20,000 nucleotides of DNA from Asterionella formosa (lineage: Eukaryota): contig NKIB01012647.1 in the NCBI GenBank assembly GCA_002256025.1, forward strand, positions 53,775 to 73,774, given 5' to 3'. Of this stretch, positions 19,684 to 20,000 are shown one piece after another. The notes below the pieces were generated by a model that was not told where the DNA came from, did no database searches, and saw only the letters and a program-made list of their open reading frames with translations. The position numbers were made by a program, and so were the translations under genes. The number at the start of each line of letters is the position of its first letter. Positions within the stretch are counted from its first letter, which is position 1.

Positions 19684-20000
19684 TGCATGTCTCCGTTGTG
19701 AATCGAAATTGAGATGTGCCACAATGGCCTTCTCCGTTTCGGAGCAGCTACAAATAGTCTACAGCGATAACTCTAGCAAGTACAATATAGAAAAAGATGG
19801 AAATGATGAGTAGCTGACAACAATTGAATTCGTAAATTCGTTAAGAAACAGCTGTTGCATATTTTAACCCTGCATGTCGCCATTGTGATTCTAAATTGAG
19901 ATGTGCCGCAATGGCCTTCTCCGTTTCGGAGCAGCTACAAATAGTCTACAGCGATAACTCTAGCAAGTACAATATAGAAAAAGAAGGAAAGGATGAGTAG
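19684..20000. repeat. Direct tandem duplication with 187-bp period, running off the window end
   Basis: 19684-19813 versus 19871-20000 shows 7 mismatches in 130 bp with no indels (hand count). Confidence 0.9.

Overview
Eukaryotic nuclear DNA, most likely a diatom or other ochrophyte. The basis is short GT-AG introns, bipartite signal plus ASAF-type plastid-targeting peptides, and compact gene spacing. The left 5.2 kb holds four genes: the 3' part of a multi-pass membrane protein gene (+), a choline-transporter-like (SLC44/CTL/Pns1) gene (-), and a tail-to-tail pair of paralogous, one-intron, plastid-targeted small proteins sharing a CADSECSVD motif, a coiled coil and a C-terminal AYDxLPPKxW motif. 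The 6.3-9.5 kb region is degraded transposon material: an assembly gap in poly-G/poly-C, a Cys/His-motif pseudogene, a Tc1/mariner transposase remnant and inverted repeats. 9512-13111 (-) is a single 1199-aa ORF with about six SH3b-like repeats. The 14-20 kb region is gene-poor, with a candidate 2.5-kb TIR element, a GNRA-loop hairpin, a pseudogene-like frame, a 21-bp minisatellite and a 187-bp tandem duplication. Clusters of palindromic GGTACC/TACC(W)GGTA micro-repeats sit mainly upstream of gene starts. The best novelty candidates are the paralogous plastid protein pair and this palindrome system. No database searches were run, so all family calls come from motif recognition.
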